Assembly (NCBI GenBank): GCA_951406725.2
Contig: OX597819.1
Span: 1,860,001-1,924,000, forward strand
DNA: 64,000 nucleotides
Source: Octopus vulgaris
Lineage: Eukaryota
Reading direction: 5' to 3'
Each line of letters opens with the position of its first letter. Positions within the stretch are counted from its first letter, which is position 1. Positions 52,931-64,000 of the stretch are shown here, one piece after another. The notes under the pieces are model-generated. The model saw nothing but the letters and a program-made list of their open reading frames with translations, was not told where the DNA came from and searched no databases. The position numbers were made by a program, and so were the translations under genes.

Positions 52931-53345
52931 AAAATTAGCACGCTGGACGAAATGCATAGCAGTATTTAGCCAGTCGCTACGTTCTGAGTTCGAATCCCAC
53001 AGGTCGACTCTGTCTTTCATTCTTTCGGGTTCGATAAACTAAGTAGTGGAGCCCTGCAGGGTCAATGTTTTCGACTAGTCCCCTCCCCCAAATTTTCAGG
53101 CCTTGTGCCTTTAGTAGAAATGATTATTATTATCATTGTTAAATCGGCGAGCTGGCAAAATCATTAGCACTCCGGAAAAAAGAATGCTTAATGATATTTC
53201 GTACGTCTACAGGTTCTGAGTTAGATGCCATCGAGGTTGACTTTGCCTTTCATCCTATCGGCGTCGATGAAATAAATGCCAGTCGAGCACTGGGCTCGAT
53301 GTAATCGACTACCCTCCTCCTCCAATATTTCAGGTCTTGTAGAGT
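52931..53345 (+). mobile_element. Two head-to-tail family B SINEs
   Basis: First ends GGCCTTGTGCCTTTAGTAGAAATGATTATT (~53098-53130); second starts GGCGAGCTGGCAAAATCATTAGC (~53146) and has GCCTTTCATCCTATCGGCGTCGATGAAATAAA. Confidence 0.8.
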
Positions 53346-53493
53346 ATCTATTCTATCGCTGTCTTACATTAAGGGAGCTAATGACTAATTATATATATAT
53401 AAAGGGAAAGTTTACGAAAATAGACAAAAGACGAAGGCAGGTGGAGTACAAACAAACAGATGTATTAGTATAGCGCTCAGGAATAGAAAAAAG

Positions 53494-53531
53494 TCTTTTA
53501 CGTTTCGAGCCTACGCTCTTCGACAGAAAGA
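53494..53531 (-). ncRNA. Minimal type I hammerhead-ribozyme-like motif (variant core) in a probable Penelope-like terminal repeat (~53400-53665)
   Basis: Minus strand UCUUU CUGUCGA A GAGC-GUAG-GCUC GAAA C-G UA AAAGA: 5-bp stem I, 4-bp stem II, palindromic ACGU stem III, GUA cleavage triplet; core CUGUCGA instead of CUGANGA. Confidence 0.55.
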
Positions 53532-53669
53532 TACACAGAAAAAAAACAAGGAGAGAAACAAGGAGAGAAAAAATGCGTATAGTAGCTAACGATCTATCAT
53601 GGCGGCCTGACTTCGGACAATGGTCAGACGCGAGAGGGACAGTAGGGGAGATAACAGGGTCAGGTGCGT

Positions 53670-54230
53670 GTGTGTATAAGAGAGTATGTATGTGCGTGTG
53701 AAAGAGGGCTGATGATCTGGACGTGTGTGTGTATGTACGTGTAGGTGTAAAGATGTGGGGATGGGTGTGTGGGTGGTGTGTTGTGATGTGATGTGTAATG
53801 TTGTATGTTGTAGTGAAGTGTGGTGTGGTGTTGTGGGGAGGTGAGGGAGGTATGTGATGTTGTAGGGTGTAGTGTGGTGTGGTGTGATGTTGTGGGGCGG
53901 TGGGGGAGGCAAGAGTAGGGAAAGCACAGGTGGGGTGTGTGTTCGGCTGGGGGTTGGGGTAGAGTGGGGGTTGTGGGTAGGTAGAGGGTGGGGTTAGAGG
54001 TGAGGTATGTGGGGCAGGGGTGTGAGATAGGGGTGAGGTATGTGGTGGAGAGTGGGGGTAGAGTGGGGGAGGAGGGAAGAATAGGGAAGGTGGAGTAGGA
54101 GTGGGTGGGTTTATGGTGGGAGGGGAAGGTGGGTATATGAGAGAGAGAGAAAGAGAGGAGAGGAGATGGAGAGACAAAGAGGGAAACAGAAATGGTGAAA
54201 TAACTGGAAAAGTAGAAAGAGAGATGGTGA
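53670..54230. repeat. G/T- and G/A-rich low-complexity tract
   Basis: GTG/GGG/GAG runs; source of the 313-aa P/H/T-rich ORF. Confidence 0.85.
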
Positions 54231-55989
54231 AAGAGAATGAAATAGAGTTAAATAAAGATGATGCCAACTGAATGTGTGTGTTCACATCGCACGCCCAATC
54301 GAAATGTTTAACATTATGAAGCGATGTCATGCAGATCTGTAAATTTATGCATTGAAAGAGATATCGGAGGATAAAGAAATTAAAGTGAAATAACCTTAGT
54401 TAGCAAATAGCTATGAATGTTGCGTTTTTAAATTTTACCAGTTCCAGAACAAAGGTTGTAACCATGCTAGATCACCACCACATATCATTTTTCTTTTTTT
54501 TATTTTGTTATTGTTATTGGGTTTGTTACTGAGAGTAGGCAAGTACACTGCATTAGCAGAAGGGAAAGTAGATATGATAGTTAATTAGACCGACAAATAG
54601 ATTGGTGGATCGATGAACAGACAGATAGATAAATATATAGAACCGATAGATTATCACACATTTGCTTGTTTTCATATTCATGTTCTCTGGGGCTTCCTTT
54701 TTCCATTTGTTTATTCCGTATAACTGAGGAAGTCTACGAAAGCTCAAATGTTAGTGAACAGGAAAATATTGCAATGTATTATCTTTGTGGTCAATGATGA
54801 AACTGTTGATCAAATATTTTTCCTTATTGACAGGACAGGAGAATCTGGCAAAAATATGTTTCTACAATAAATTAACTGGCCACTTGAGGCGAGCAGAAAA
54901 CAGTTCTCCCCTTTAAAACCACAGAAATATCCGCAGATTTATATGTGGATGTACGGCACACAAAACACAGGCAAAATAGGTAGGCCGCGGGAGCAATCAG
55001 AATAATAAGAACAACAATAACAATAATAATAACGATGCCTACCCTGGATACATCAACGTTTCCACGAAAATTCCTTCCTTTCACTCTAATTTTATCCTTC
55101 AGGTCTCTTTCCTCATAATCGATAAGGTTCTGTTATCATCAATTGCTTTCAGAGTAATTAATACACCTAGAAAAGAGATAATAGGAAATGACAATCCTGG
55201 CGGGGACTTCTGTTAAACGGTATACGTTATTTGAACAAGTTCAAATGCTGATATCATCAGCACTTGATTATATCAGCGTTTACCAATTTGGAGAAGAAAA
55301 AAATTAAATCTCAGTGACATGAATGTAGTGAGAAGAATGAATTTTCGACGTGGCTTCTTAAAACTGGTGATGGAACATTAGAAAATCGTGTGACGATGGA
55401 TGCAAGTGCCAAAATTTATTACAAGGTAATATTGCTGGAAAAATAGACGGTAAGTTTATAGATGTAACAAATGAAGAAGCAATATGCGTCGACAAAGACA
55501 ATCACAACAAGAAACAAAGATGCACTAACACTAAGTAATCAATTCCTGGTTATGTCACAACATATAAAAGTGCAGACTCAAGCACAAGGTAATAATGATG
55601 TACACTTTTCATCGTCCTCATCTTCATTAACTAATATCCCTGCTGATGAAAGCGCCACCATTTTAACGGCTATTAACGCTTGTCAGTATATGGCACATGT
55701 GCGCATATGATGACATCACTGCAGCGCCCCCTTTCCTCACTGGTACTATTTATTTCTCTCTAGCCCTCACACATTCTCTCTGTTTTATCCCTCTTTCTGA
55801 ACCCAAGCTTTTAAGCGTTGAACATAATAATGTTCCTTATCTACTGCTCCTAACTGCTACGACTTTACCCTCCGCTACACACTATTTCTGCTCTCTCTTT
55901 CTCTCTTAACTTCTTCCTTCAATTAGCCATTTCCCCATGTAACATATCATTAATATTATAGATAATAAAAGCATCAACAAAACAGACAA

Positions 55990-55997
55990 CAACAATC

Positions 55998-56058
<61 letters not shown>

Positions 56059-56090
56059 TTAATAATAATAACAACAATAATAATAATAAT
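55990..56090. repeat. (AAT)n microsatellite
   Basis: Directly visible. Confidence 0.95.
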
Positions 56091-56157
56091 TTTCTGTTAA
56101 AGACTGTTAATTGCTTTTTGAAAGCATTTTTTTATTCCCCCATTACTTTAGAAAATT

Positions 56158-57688
56158 ATGTTGTGCGGCAACGTAGACAATAGCACGTCGGACACGAGCC
56201 CAAAAGAAAGCTCATCAACCACACCTATGCCACCCCAACCAATGACGCCACAAGATTTTCCAAGTCTCCTGAGTGAGACCCCAAAAAATAGAATTGTATC
56301 AACAAGAAATATAGCAGTGAAAAGTTTACAAAAAGAAGAGAAAAAATGTTTTGCAACAGCAGCCGGGAGTCGAACCCGGCAACTCAATACAGAAAAAGAA
56401 GAATTAAAAAAGTACACTAATATGTTACAAAAAGAAGGAACCACAGTGAAAGTAGAACCTCCACAGAGAGTGTTAGAAACGGAAAAAAAGAAAACAATAA
56501 TATACAAAACGTACAATCTTAACAGAAGAAAAATGGACAGAATGGCTGAAGAAACGGTGGAAAAGATTTACAACAAACATGGTCCGATATTGAATACATA
56601 ACTCGCAGCAAAAAGTTTGGCACAATGGTAATCGAGGAAAAGGCACAATACCATTCAGTTGAAATTATAAAGACGACGTGGAACTCATACCCATATATAT
56701 GGGAAGGCGGACATCAAGAATTCGAACAGGGAGAATTCCACCAGATGTGGACCTCATATGGCTGATAGTAGTCGTAACCATGAACCTGGAGGAGAAAATC
56801 ACTCTTCACCAGGTGACAGTTACAGATAAAATGAATTGGCACGGCCAGACAATTAATATGGTCGTACAGGCAGAGCCCCAAGCTCTCGCAGAAATACCAG
56901 AGAAAATAGAAATAGCAGAGGAGTCCCTCATAGTGCTTGTGAAGAGACGAAAACCAAGGTGCTTCCAGTGCGGCCAGCTAGGACATATCCACTCGGAATG
57001 CAAAGAAGGAGAGGAAGAAGAGGAGGACGAAGGAAAGGAGAAGAAAGAAAACCAGAGAGAAAACCAATTGGAAGTAAAAGGAAAATACTCCAGACAGTAC
57101 CAGCTAAAACGGTGCCTGCAGACAAGAAACCGAAGAAGACAGCTAAGAGAGAGAATGAAGGGGAGGTTTTGGCAGCGTTTAATACAGAGAGAATAAAATT
57201 TGAAGAAGACAGCGAAAGGGTAGATGAACACTCAGACAAGTGTGGCAATTACGAAATCTACGATATAGATTTAAACAGTCATAAAATCCTGAAGAATGAA
57301 TTTAGGAAAGCAGTTGGGACAATGAGAAAACACTTTCATCCTTCCATTTTTAATGACCTACGAGCTCCGATCCTGCGGGCGGGAAAAAACAGAAGATTTT
57401 CTCTCCACCTGATACCATAGAATAGCTAAGGTAGGACATTATGGCTATTCGTATCGGTTGTATAAATGTACGTTGCCTGATGTCAAGCTGGAAGCAAGGG
57501 CGTTTCCTAAATGACATCAGGTTGCGGATTTGGATGTAATCGTTGCTACAGAAACCCGGTTGAAGGGACCAAAGAGATCTGCTCCCTCTGCTGAACGGCT
57601 ACACGAAATACATTTCTCCGTGTCGGGCTGCAGGTGGGAGCGGGTTGTTGGTCCTATTGAAAAGGAACCGGGTTTCAGCCAGAAGGTA
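56158..57688 (+). mobile_element. L1/Tx1-clade LINE 5' portion: ORF1 (gag-like) plus start of ORF2 (APE endonuclease), truncated
   Basis: ORF1: FATAAG, KKFGT, ELIPIYMGRRTSRIRTGRIPPDVDLIW, KPRCFQCGQLGHIHSEC. ORF2 ATG at 57441: MAIRIGCINVRCL...DLDVIVATETRL (NVRGL / D...QET endonuclease N-terminus). Confidence 0.8.
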
Positions 57689-57689
57689 G

Positions 57690-59372
57690 GCTGAAATGGC
57701 TGCATGGGCGCCACTCCCATACAGTATCATTTGAACGATTATATAAACTATTTATAATCGTTCTATTATCGTATTGTTTTTTTCTTAATCTCGTTTTTTC
57801 TATTTTCTTTTGTAAATGAAATAATTTTACTTTTCCCTTCTTTCTTCAATAAAACAATTTTACTTACATTTTTTCCTATTTAATATCTCATGAAAGACTC
57901 TAAACCTTTTAGCTCCACTACAGGTGGAAATTCATCGAACTCCACCATCACACCTGGCAGGTCAATCCCTTCTCCACACATATCTTTTAGTCTGTTGTAG
58001 AGGTCCTTGTGAACCACGATGGCCTACACATTCTCGGAATACACATTTGTGGGCAACTTTACTCTTATATGTTTAAACTTGAATACTTTCTTTTCAGTTT
58101 CTTTGCCTTTTGCGCATGTCACAAAATTCCATCGAAATTTCCCTTTTCTTATTAGTTTTCTCTTTCCCTGCTCCGCTCCTGGTACCTTCTTCTTTTCTTC
58201 CTCCACTCGAACAACCGGTGTCTCCACCACTGTCTCTTCCTTATGCATCTCCTTCTTGAACAATTCTTCGAGTTTCTTTTCGTTTATTTTAGCCACCAAA
58301 ATTTCATCTTCCTTCCTTCTAATCTTCTACTTTTCCATCTCTTCTTTCGTTTTCTGCTGCTCTGGTGGAGAACTCACCCTCCTACTTCTCTTTCTTTTCT
58401 TAAACACCGTGAATCCCTCCTCTGTTGATTTCTCCTTTATCTCTCCCTTATCACCTGGTCCGTGCTCTCCTGCCTCTCGGTCTGCTTTGTTTGTTGTTCC
58501 CTCGGGGGGGGGGCACATCACCTTCATGTGACCCTTTCCCCCAGCATGTATAACATATAGGCGGCCTGCCCTCCACCATTACTCTCAATTTTACGTCATC
58601 GGGCAGTACTATCTCTTCCACAATCCTGTTTAGGTCTTCCACTGTTGCTTGAACGATTAACTGTATTCCATATCCCCAGTAGTTAATTCTTTGTAATTTT
58701 GTGTCCTTCAGTATCTTGGCCTCCTCAATCATGTCATACATTATGACTGTCATATTCCATGCTTCTTTCAGCTCTGGGGGCACTTTGCCAACTCGCACCC
58801 TGGCCACGCGTTTGTCACAGTACAATGGCAAAAGTACCCATTCTTCCGTTCTTATTGCCTCCGTTCAGTGCTTAATTGCGTCCTCTTCTGATGCAAAACA
58901 CACCTACACAGTAGCGTATTTTCTCCATCTTGTTATGAATGTGGTTAATCTTTTTCAAACATTCTTCAATAGCCTCTATTGTCGATATATCTATTTTCCT
59001 TGCTGCTATCTTCATTGTCTTATATATCACTGTATTTTCATTACATTGATCGTTAGTTCCAGGGTATTTCCCGCTCTTTCCAGCAACTTCTCGCATTCTT
59101 TCATATTTCGAGGTTCAACCTTTATTTCTCATACCTCCAACGTTTCCATGTCTATCCCCTTTACAGTTGGAGCCGCGTAACTGTGGCCACCTGCTGGCGT
59201 TTTCTCCATTTTCCCACAATGGGAAAAACAACAATTCAAAATAACACTAGCAAGAATTTGAACAGTAACACTCAATCAATCAAATATTTAACTCTAGGAC
59301 TTACGTCTAACACGACAAAAGAAAGCTCAAACCACTTGTGGCAAACATCCGCGAAATGAACACCAACGACCT
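57690..59372 (-). mobile_element. ORF1-only retroposon, array unit 3 (last ~100 nt of tail missing)
   Basis: MEKTPAGGHSYAAP (~59209), EWVLLPLYCDKRVARVRVGKVPPELKEAW, EGRPPICYTCWGKGSHEGDV (degenerate knuckle), FTVFKKRKRSRRVSSPP, KHIRVKL; 3'UTR hairpin at 57694-57732. Confidence 0.8.
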
Positions 59373-60740
59373 GATTTCTTTTATTAGGCACAAGGCCTCT
59401 TATAAAGATGGGACTATACAGAGACAGACAAAGCAATACAGAGGGGCACACAAAACACATAAAGTATGAAATTATGAATAATGATTGATGAAATGAAATG
59501 GCTTACATGTCCCCCCCACCCACCCAAAGCAGGCAGTTCCATTTTGTTGTTTATGAATCACACAGTTCATGATACTTTTTTTTAAATGATGAAAAAAAAA
59601 GTATCTATTTTAAAATTGTAAATATTTCACTTACTTTCCTTTATATTAGGTATTCCATTATGTCATCAACTCATTGAATCGAAATTGCAACGGTAATATC
59701 TCTATCATTTCCCCGAATAGTTCCTTCAACCTTCCACACCTCTCATTTACAAGCAAGACTGCATCAGTTCTGCTCTTCTATGCCTTTCACGTCTACCTCT
59801 TCTTGTTGTTTCATATCCGTTACCTTCCCTTCGTGTTTCTGTGGACACTTAGGTTTGATGTGTCCCCGTACTCCACATTGATAGCATACTGGAGGTCTTC
59901 CCTCCACTACAACTCTCAGCCTAGTCTCATCCGGCAACACCAATTCCTCTGCAATTTTGTGGAGGTCTAACAAACTGATGTGAACAAACATCTCAAGACC
60001 GTATCCGCAGCAGTTAACCTCCGTAGTTCTTGCAATTTTCAACATTTTGGTGTCCTCCTCAGCACTATAGAGAACGGCTGCCACCAGCCACGCCTCGTCA
60101 ATTTCTGGGGGCACTCCTCCAATCCTCACTCTGGCTGCACGCCTGCCGCAGCAGGTTGGTAGTAGCACCCACTCAGTTGATCTCAAAGTCAAACTGCAGC
60201 GCTTTATCGCTCCTTGTTCGCTCACGAAGCGCACCTCCACTGTGCCACACTTCCTTCCTCTGGTGTAGCATGTCGCTAGATCTTTGACTTCTCACAAGCA
60301 TTCTTCCACTGCCTCTACTGCTGCTATTTCAACTCTTTTTGTTGCAATAGACACCGTTCTGCCTATTATTGTCTCTCTCTCTGTCCTTTCAATAACTTCC
60401 CTAGGCGGCGTCAGCCTCATACTGTCTCCCTTTCTTAACAGTTCCTTTCACTTCTTGAAATTTGTCTCTTCCAGTATATCTGCTGTTAGACTTTTCCCAG
60501 TCACTGCAGCGTAACTGATTGTTGGAACCCGTAGACATTCCATAACGACATTATCCACAACTTCACCCATAAATGTGGAAGAGGAATAAAAATTTAGGTA
60601 ACAATAAATTTAACAATTCAGTCGTAAAAATTAGGTTGCGGTAAACCTTCAACAATTTAACAATAACAAGACTCTTATGGAGCGAACACACATCAAATGC
60701 AACAGTGAATCAAACGACTCGACTACAACACCAACGTCCT
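59373..60740 (-). mobile_element. ORF1-only retroposon, array unit 2 (both ends present, internal deletion of the K/E region)
   Basis: MECLRVPTISYAAVTGK (~60543), GTVEVRF, EWVLLPTCCGRRAARVRIGGVPPEIDEAW, EGRPPVCYQCGVRGHIKPKC; tail GGCCTTGTGCCTAATAAAAGAAAT. Confidence 0.85.
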
Positions 60741-61495
60741 GATTTCTTTCATTAGGCACAAGGCCTCATAGAGAAGGGACAACACAAAAGACAGACAGAA
60801 CAATACATTGGGGTACATAAAAGCATGTAACGAATGAATTATGAATATAAATAAAAATGAAGATGGAAACACTTACTTGCCCCCATACGCAAGTAGTTTC
60901 ATTTTACTGCTTTTATATAAAGTGTTTACTTATCAGTCTTGTGCCTTGTTAGTTTTCCTTTTGTTTAAAAATCCACACAAAGTCACACCATATGTTTCAT
61001 CAAATTGTCAAATATTACCACTGGTGGCAGTTCGAAATCGTATCGAAATCGAATTCCAGTCGCCAAATATTTCTTGCAACCTTCTTGCTCTTTCTTCCTC
61101 CAACCGCTCCTTCTTCTCACTTCTACTCACTATCAGCCACTTTAACCCTTATTACATGTTTCATTTTTTGACATTTTCTTTTCTATCTCTTTTACTCTTT
61201 TTGTAACTTATTTTGTTCTTTCATATCTCCCATTCGGTGGCTCTCTCTGCTCTTCTTCACCACTCTCTTCCTCTCTTACTGGTATTCCCTTCTCTGTTTG
61301 TCCTTCCCTCTCACTTTATGTCTCGTCTTCTTCCGTCCTCCCTCCTCCTTACTAGTTGAAGGCAACAGTCTTTGTGTTCGTTCCTCACTTGGGTCCTCAT
61401 TCTTTCTTTTCTCGTTCTTGTTCTCCTCTGCCTTTCTTTTCTTCTTGGGGCTTTTAGGTGGAGATTCCACATTGCTCCTCTTTCTTTCTACCATT
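60741..61495 (-). mobile_element. ORF1-only retroposon, array unit 1 (5' half replaced by a Dong-like LINE)
   Basis: VERKRSNVESPPKSPKKK, VTKRVKEIEKK..NRVKV; hairpin at 60866-60900; tail GGCCTTGTGCCTAATGAAAGAAAT. Confidence 0.75.
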
Positions 61496-61499
61496 GTAT

Positions 61500-62800
61500 A
61501 TCGATTGGGACAGTCATATCAGTGAGGAGGCAATGTTTTTTTGTCTGAAGTCTTTCAATATGATGTCTGGCCTATTCGCATCTATCTTTCTGTCAGTTTG
61601 AATGGGGAAGTTCCAGAGGAGTGAGATGTGGTCATTTTGAAGCACGGGAGGTGGTTTGTGTTCCCACCAGTTTTTATGATGGGGCAAGTCCAGGCTTTTG
61701 CAAATTACCCAGTGAATATATTGTGCAGCTCTATCATGCCTGTTGAGATACTCTGTAGGCGCAAGAAGACTGCACTTGGAGACAACATGATCAATGGTTT
61801 CATTTTGTTGTTGACATACACATGTTGGGTTACTGCCGTTCTTTAATATGTTGGTCTGGTAGTTCCTTGAAGGTAGGCATTGATCTTGGACTGCTATGAT
61901 AAACCCTTCTGTTTCAGATTTTAAGCCAGCAGGCATTAGCCATTGATGGGTAAGGGCTTTGTCAACCTCAGTATTATTCGCTCTCTTTGGGTATTTGCCA
62001 TAGAGAGGTTTTTCTTGCCATTTATCAGTCAGAATATCTAGGGCAGCAGTTTTAGCACAGGTTTTCATGCGCTTGTTTCTCGCATGCCTAATTTCGGAAT
62101 TTGTTGTATTTGGAATTCACTTAGATATTCCTTTGCCTGTTTTGTTACTGAGTATGATACTTTCTTGTTTTCATGTTTTGAGACAAATTTTAACATCCAG
62201 TCCTCAGAGTTTTTCAGGTAGGTGTCTAGGCCAATTGTGGCAATCCTCATTGTTAATGCCAGTTGTAAAAGTCCACAGCCACCCTCTTTTTCTCGGCAGA
62301 TAAAGTCCTTCTATGTCTGACTAAGGGTGGTGCATTCTATGCATTATCAACAGTTTTCGTATTTTTCTGTCAAGATTACATATTTCAGTAATTGACCAGT
62401 TAACGATATTGAAACTGTAAGTCACGACTGGTATGGCTAATGCATTGATCGCTTCGATCCTGTTTCTCGCATTCAGCTGTCTTGAATACTGCTCTTACTT
62501 TGCGATAACATTCTCTCCTGATCCTTTCCTTCATCTCTGAATGCCTTATTCCGTCTCCTTCAATTACCCCTAGATACTTGTAGTTCTCCGCTGGGTCTAA
62601 TTCTTTTATGACATTCTGCTGGTCAAGGTTAACGTTAGATGTTTCTGTCATTTTTCCTTTGATAAAGGTAGCTTTTGCACACTTATCGAGGCCAAATTGC
62701 ATTCTGATGTCATCACTAAATTGTTTAACAATCGCTAGTAAGCCGTTGAGCTGTTGGTCATGTTTTAAAAAAGTTTTAAATCATCCATACAAATGAGTTG
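61500..62800 (-). mobile_element. R4/Dong-like LINE fragment (RT C-terminal half to RLE domain)
   Basis: HLYG*F (degenerate YMDD), MQFGLDKCAK, YKYLG, GLKSETEGFIIAVQDQCL, ETIDHVVSKC..YLNRHD, ANRPDIIL. Confidence 0.9.
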
Positions 62801-62849
62801 ATAAATATTTTATATTTTATATTTTTACTATCATTTTTTTAATATTTTT

Positions 62850-63470
<621 letters not shown>

Positions 63471-64000
63471 CAGTAGTTTTATTTTTATAGCGTGCTTTCA
63501 CTTCACTACCGAGCACAGCTCTGTGTGCCTTGGGTATGTGCTGTGATTTGTTGTGATGCTCTGATGGTTATTGTATGGAAAGTGTTCTGCGTAGGATGTG
63601 TGCAGTGCCTAGTAGTGCAATTTTCTGTATGTTATATGTGTTTGTAAGTCCTGGTGTTTTTGTTATGTATTTGTCTGAATATTTTTTTATCATGCCTAAT
63701 GCACCTACTATGATAGGAATTGTTTCTGTTTTCAGATTCCACATTCTAGTTACCTCTATTTCCAGGTCTTTGTATTTTGAGAGTTTCTCCATTTCTTTTA
63801 GAGACACGTTGTCATCAGCCGGTATTGATACATCAATTAGAAAGCATTTTTTTCTTCATGATCTCTGACAACTATATCTGGTCTGTTGGCCTTAATTTCT
63901 CTATCTGTGTGTATCGGCGTATCCCAGAGTATGGTTGCTTTCTCGTTTTCTGTGACCTTTTCTGGTGTGTGCCTATACCATCTTTTTTCTGTTGTTATTC
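63471..64000 (-). mobile_element. R4/Dong-like LINE 3' end (continues beyond the window)
   Basis: ILWDTPIHTDREIKANRPDIVV, CFLIDVSIPADD, EKLSKYKDLEIEVTRMW, IQKIALLGTAHILRRTLSIQ*; the 3' end joins (TAA)n. Confidence 0.92.

Noticed and set aside
53389-54330. 313-aa Pro/His/Thr-rich ORF, the longest in the window
   Set aside because: It arises from a G/T-rich low-complexity tract lacking stops on the C-rich strand; no domain is recognisable.
55715-55737. CTCF-like motif GCAGCGCCCCCT
   Set aside because: Only a partial match, expected by chance; no supporting evidence.

Overview
AT-rich eukaryotic genomic DNA made almost entirely of transposon relics and (TA)n/(CA)n/(GA)n/(TAA)n microsatellites. 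The SINE/LINE/microsatellite make-up suggests an animal, probably a cephalopod (octopus-like) intergenic or intronic region; this is an inference. I could not support any intact host protein-coding gene, rRNA, true tRNA or CRISPR array; most long ORFs in the track are microsatellite translations. Recognisable elements: RTE, CR1-like, R4/Dong-like and L1/Tx1-like LINE remnants; several tRNA-derived SINE families; mariner, maT-like and pogo-like DNA transposons; a MITE with an 8-bp TSD; a non-autonomous Helitron; Penelope-like termini; and a very degraded integrase-like region. The most notable signals are: (1) a family of short ORF1/gag-only Tx1-derived retroposons, with 7 ORF1 copies or fragments in 64 kb (one still followed by an ORF2 start), which forms a head-to-tail array with near-identical junctions, has a covarying 3'UTR hairpin and shares 3' tails with SINEs; (2) a near full-length RTE element with a 5' inversion bounded by a 10-bp TSD, the twin-priming geometry; (3) a Helitron carrying a fragment of that ORF1 family; (4) a variant minimal hammerhead ribozyme. 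All coordinates and alignments were read by eye; the edges of degraded elements are approximate.
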